Below, in pieces: positions 63,090-64,000 of a DNA stretch of 64,000 nt (position 1 is its first letter; the number at the start of each line of letters is the position of its first letter). The position numbers and the translations under genes are program-made. Source of the DNA: Bacteroidota bacterium (GTDB lineage Bacteria; Bacteroidota; Bacteroidia; AKYH767-A; OLB10); contig JADJOZ010000001.1 of the NCBI GenBank assembly GCA_016713525.1, positions 716,225 through 780,224 of the forward strand, written 5' to 3'. The notes beneath the pieces were generated by a model. It worked only from the letters and a program-made list of their open reading frames with translations, was not told the origin of the DNA and did not search any database.

Positions 63090-63572
63090 TTATTTTACGC
63101 CATCATTTTGTCTCATAAATTCAAGAATATTCCGGGCTTCATCATCGGTTAGTCCCTGATTAGGCATTCTAACCAGACAAATTTCTAGTTGCGCCTGAAC
63201 TTCAGGATCTTTATCAATCATTGGGTCAGGATTAGTTATAAAATTCATGATCCACGCAGGTGTTCTCCTTTCGGTAACTCCTTTCCAACCGGGCCCAACC
63301 AACCGCTCATCGGTGAGTTTATGACATGATGCACATTTTACTCCCTGAATTGCATTTCCGGCATCAGCCATGGTTTTATTCAATCCATCCCCTAAGTCTA
63401 CAGTTGTGAATTTGCCTTCACCACGGTTCGGATCATAACTTGGATTTTCATTGGTTGTCGTTGTATTGTCTCCCAATGGAGCCTGTGTTTTCTTTTCTTC
63501 TGTTTGTTGATTCTGATTTCCGCAGGAGGCAATCATGATTGCCAATGCTGCTGTGAGTAAGATTTGTCGCAT
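63090..63572 (-). CDS. c-type cytochrome lipoprotein (NosC-like)
   Basis: CASCH heme-binding motif and lipoprotein signal (IMIASC). Sits immediately upstream of nosZ as in clade-II clusters. The internal Met at 63572 was preferred. Confidence 0.6.
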   Translation of the reverse strand: MRQILLTAALAIMIASCGNQNQQTEEKKTQAPLGDNTTTTNENPSYDPNRGEGKFTTVDLGDGLNKTMADAGNAIQGVKCASCHKLTDERLVGPGWKGVTERRTPAWIMNFITNPDPMIDKDPEVQAQLEICLVRMPNQGLTDDEARNILEFMRQNDGVK

Positions 63573-63791
63573 AAGTTTGGTTGGATTATTTGAGTGTTTG
63601 AGTTTGAAATACATTGTTTTTGTTCCTGCTCTGGATAATTTAATCAGGTGTTTATATCATTAGTTTGGAATCAACATGGCAAAAGTAAGTCTGGTTGATA
63701 CCTTAAATGTATGATAAGACACATAAATAAATATGAGATATATCAGGTAAAGGTAATCTATTTGTTGTGTTATTTGCCAAAAAGAAATAAA

Positions 63792-64000
63792 ATGAAAACA
63801 ATTAAATCTTTGACCATCGGAGAAATTGCCATAGAACGACCTGAATCAATTGCGTTGTTTGAGAAATACCAAATTGATTATTGTTGCGGAGGAAAGCAAA
63901 CACTGGAAGCTGCGTGTGAGGCAAAAAATATTGCAGTTGAAAAGATTCTGATTGAATTGCAAGATATTGATAGTGAAGATAATACGACAAAAGACCCTCT
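63792..64000 (+). CDS. iron-sulfur cluster repair di-iron protein (RIC / ScdA / YtfE), N-terminal part, partial at window end
   Basis: An ATG at 63792 gives MKTIKSLTIGEIAIERPESIALFEKYQIDYCCGGKQTLEAAC. The IDYCCGG motif is diagnostic of the ScdA N-terminal domain. Track ORF 63802-63990 on the minus strand is the spurious antisense frame. Confidence 0.6.
   Translation, partial: MKTIKSLTIGEIAIERPESIALFEKYQIDYCCGGKQTLEAACEAKNIAVEKILIELQDIDSEDNTTKDP

Noticed and set aside
63802-63990. Minus-strand 62-aa ORF.
   Set aside because: The plus strand here encodes the N-terminus of an RIC/ScdA protein with the diagnostic IDYCCGG motif. The minus-strand ORF is its shadow.

Overview
This is a Bacteroidota chromosomal segment. 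The evidence is T9SS type-A and type-B C-terminal sorting domains, a PorP/SprF gene, SprB-type repeats, and a TAnnTTTG -7 box upstream of the tRNA gene and the DUF3276 gene. It divides into four parts.

- **1-30 kb, mostly core genes:** YbbR-like, yajC, DUF1573, nusB, Leu/Glu-type dehydrogenase, PiT with a PhoU-like partner, DUF983, an LRR lipoprotein, an MsbA-like ABC exporter, DUF3276, rpoD/sigA, a hybrid sensor kinase, FAH-family hydrolase, GT2 and GWxTD. T9SS cargo genes are interleaved. One forms a complete type-B module: cargo, PorP/SprF, a PorE-like OmpA protein, then a second cargo.
- **30.8-31.5 kb:** tRNA-Ser(UGA) with promoter and terminator, followed by a highly structured ~650 bp non-coding stretch. 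It holds four tandem ~88 bp modules, each a perfect palindromic hairpin with a T-tract followed by a conserved 45-nt motif that contains a GCGAAGC mini-hairpin.
- **31.5 to ~47.5 kb, an AT-rich accessory island** (its right-hand boundary is not defined; the genes between 44.7 and 47.5 kb are hypotheticals plus a DUF3667 protein)**:**
  - a 7-bladed beta-propeller T9SS cargo;
  - an outer-membrane barrel gene, which shares with the propeller gene a ~110-nt conserved upstream element at the same ~200-nt offset;
  - a VOC protein;
  - a cluster of small membrane and coiled-coil hypotheticals;
  - a P4-type primase remnant;
  - a TIR-like gene carrying at least three frameshifts;
  - a DUF4041-T5orf172 (GIY-YIG-like) gene lying divergent to an HTH regulator;
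  - a PAS protein and further hypotheticals.
  
  No integrase is present.
- **47.7-64 kb:** an S8 peptidase and a ~1557-aa M4 (thermolysin-like) peptidase with a P-domain, about ten Cys-containing repeat domains and a type-A CTD, then DinB. A clade-II-style N2O/NO cluster follows: Crp/Fnr, NnrS, truncated globin, nosY, nosF, nosD, nosL with an in-frame nosB-like segment, nosZ, cytochrome c and RIC/ScdA.

The most important caveat is that at least ten genes are broken by single-base indels, nearly all at homopolymer runs. The essential rpoD gene is among them, so these are most likely assembly or sequencing errors. ORF-track boundaries were merged accordingly, and calling any of these a pseudogene is unsafe.
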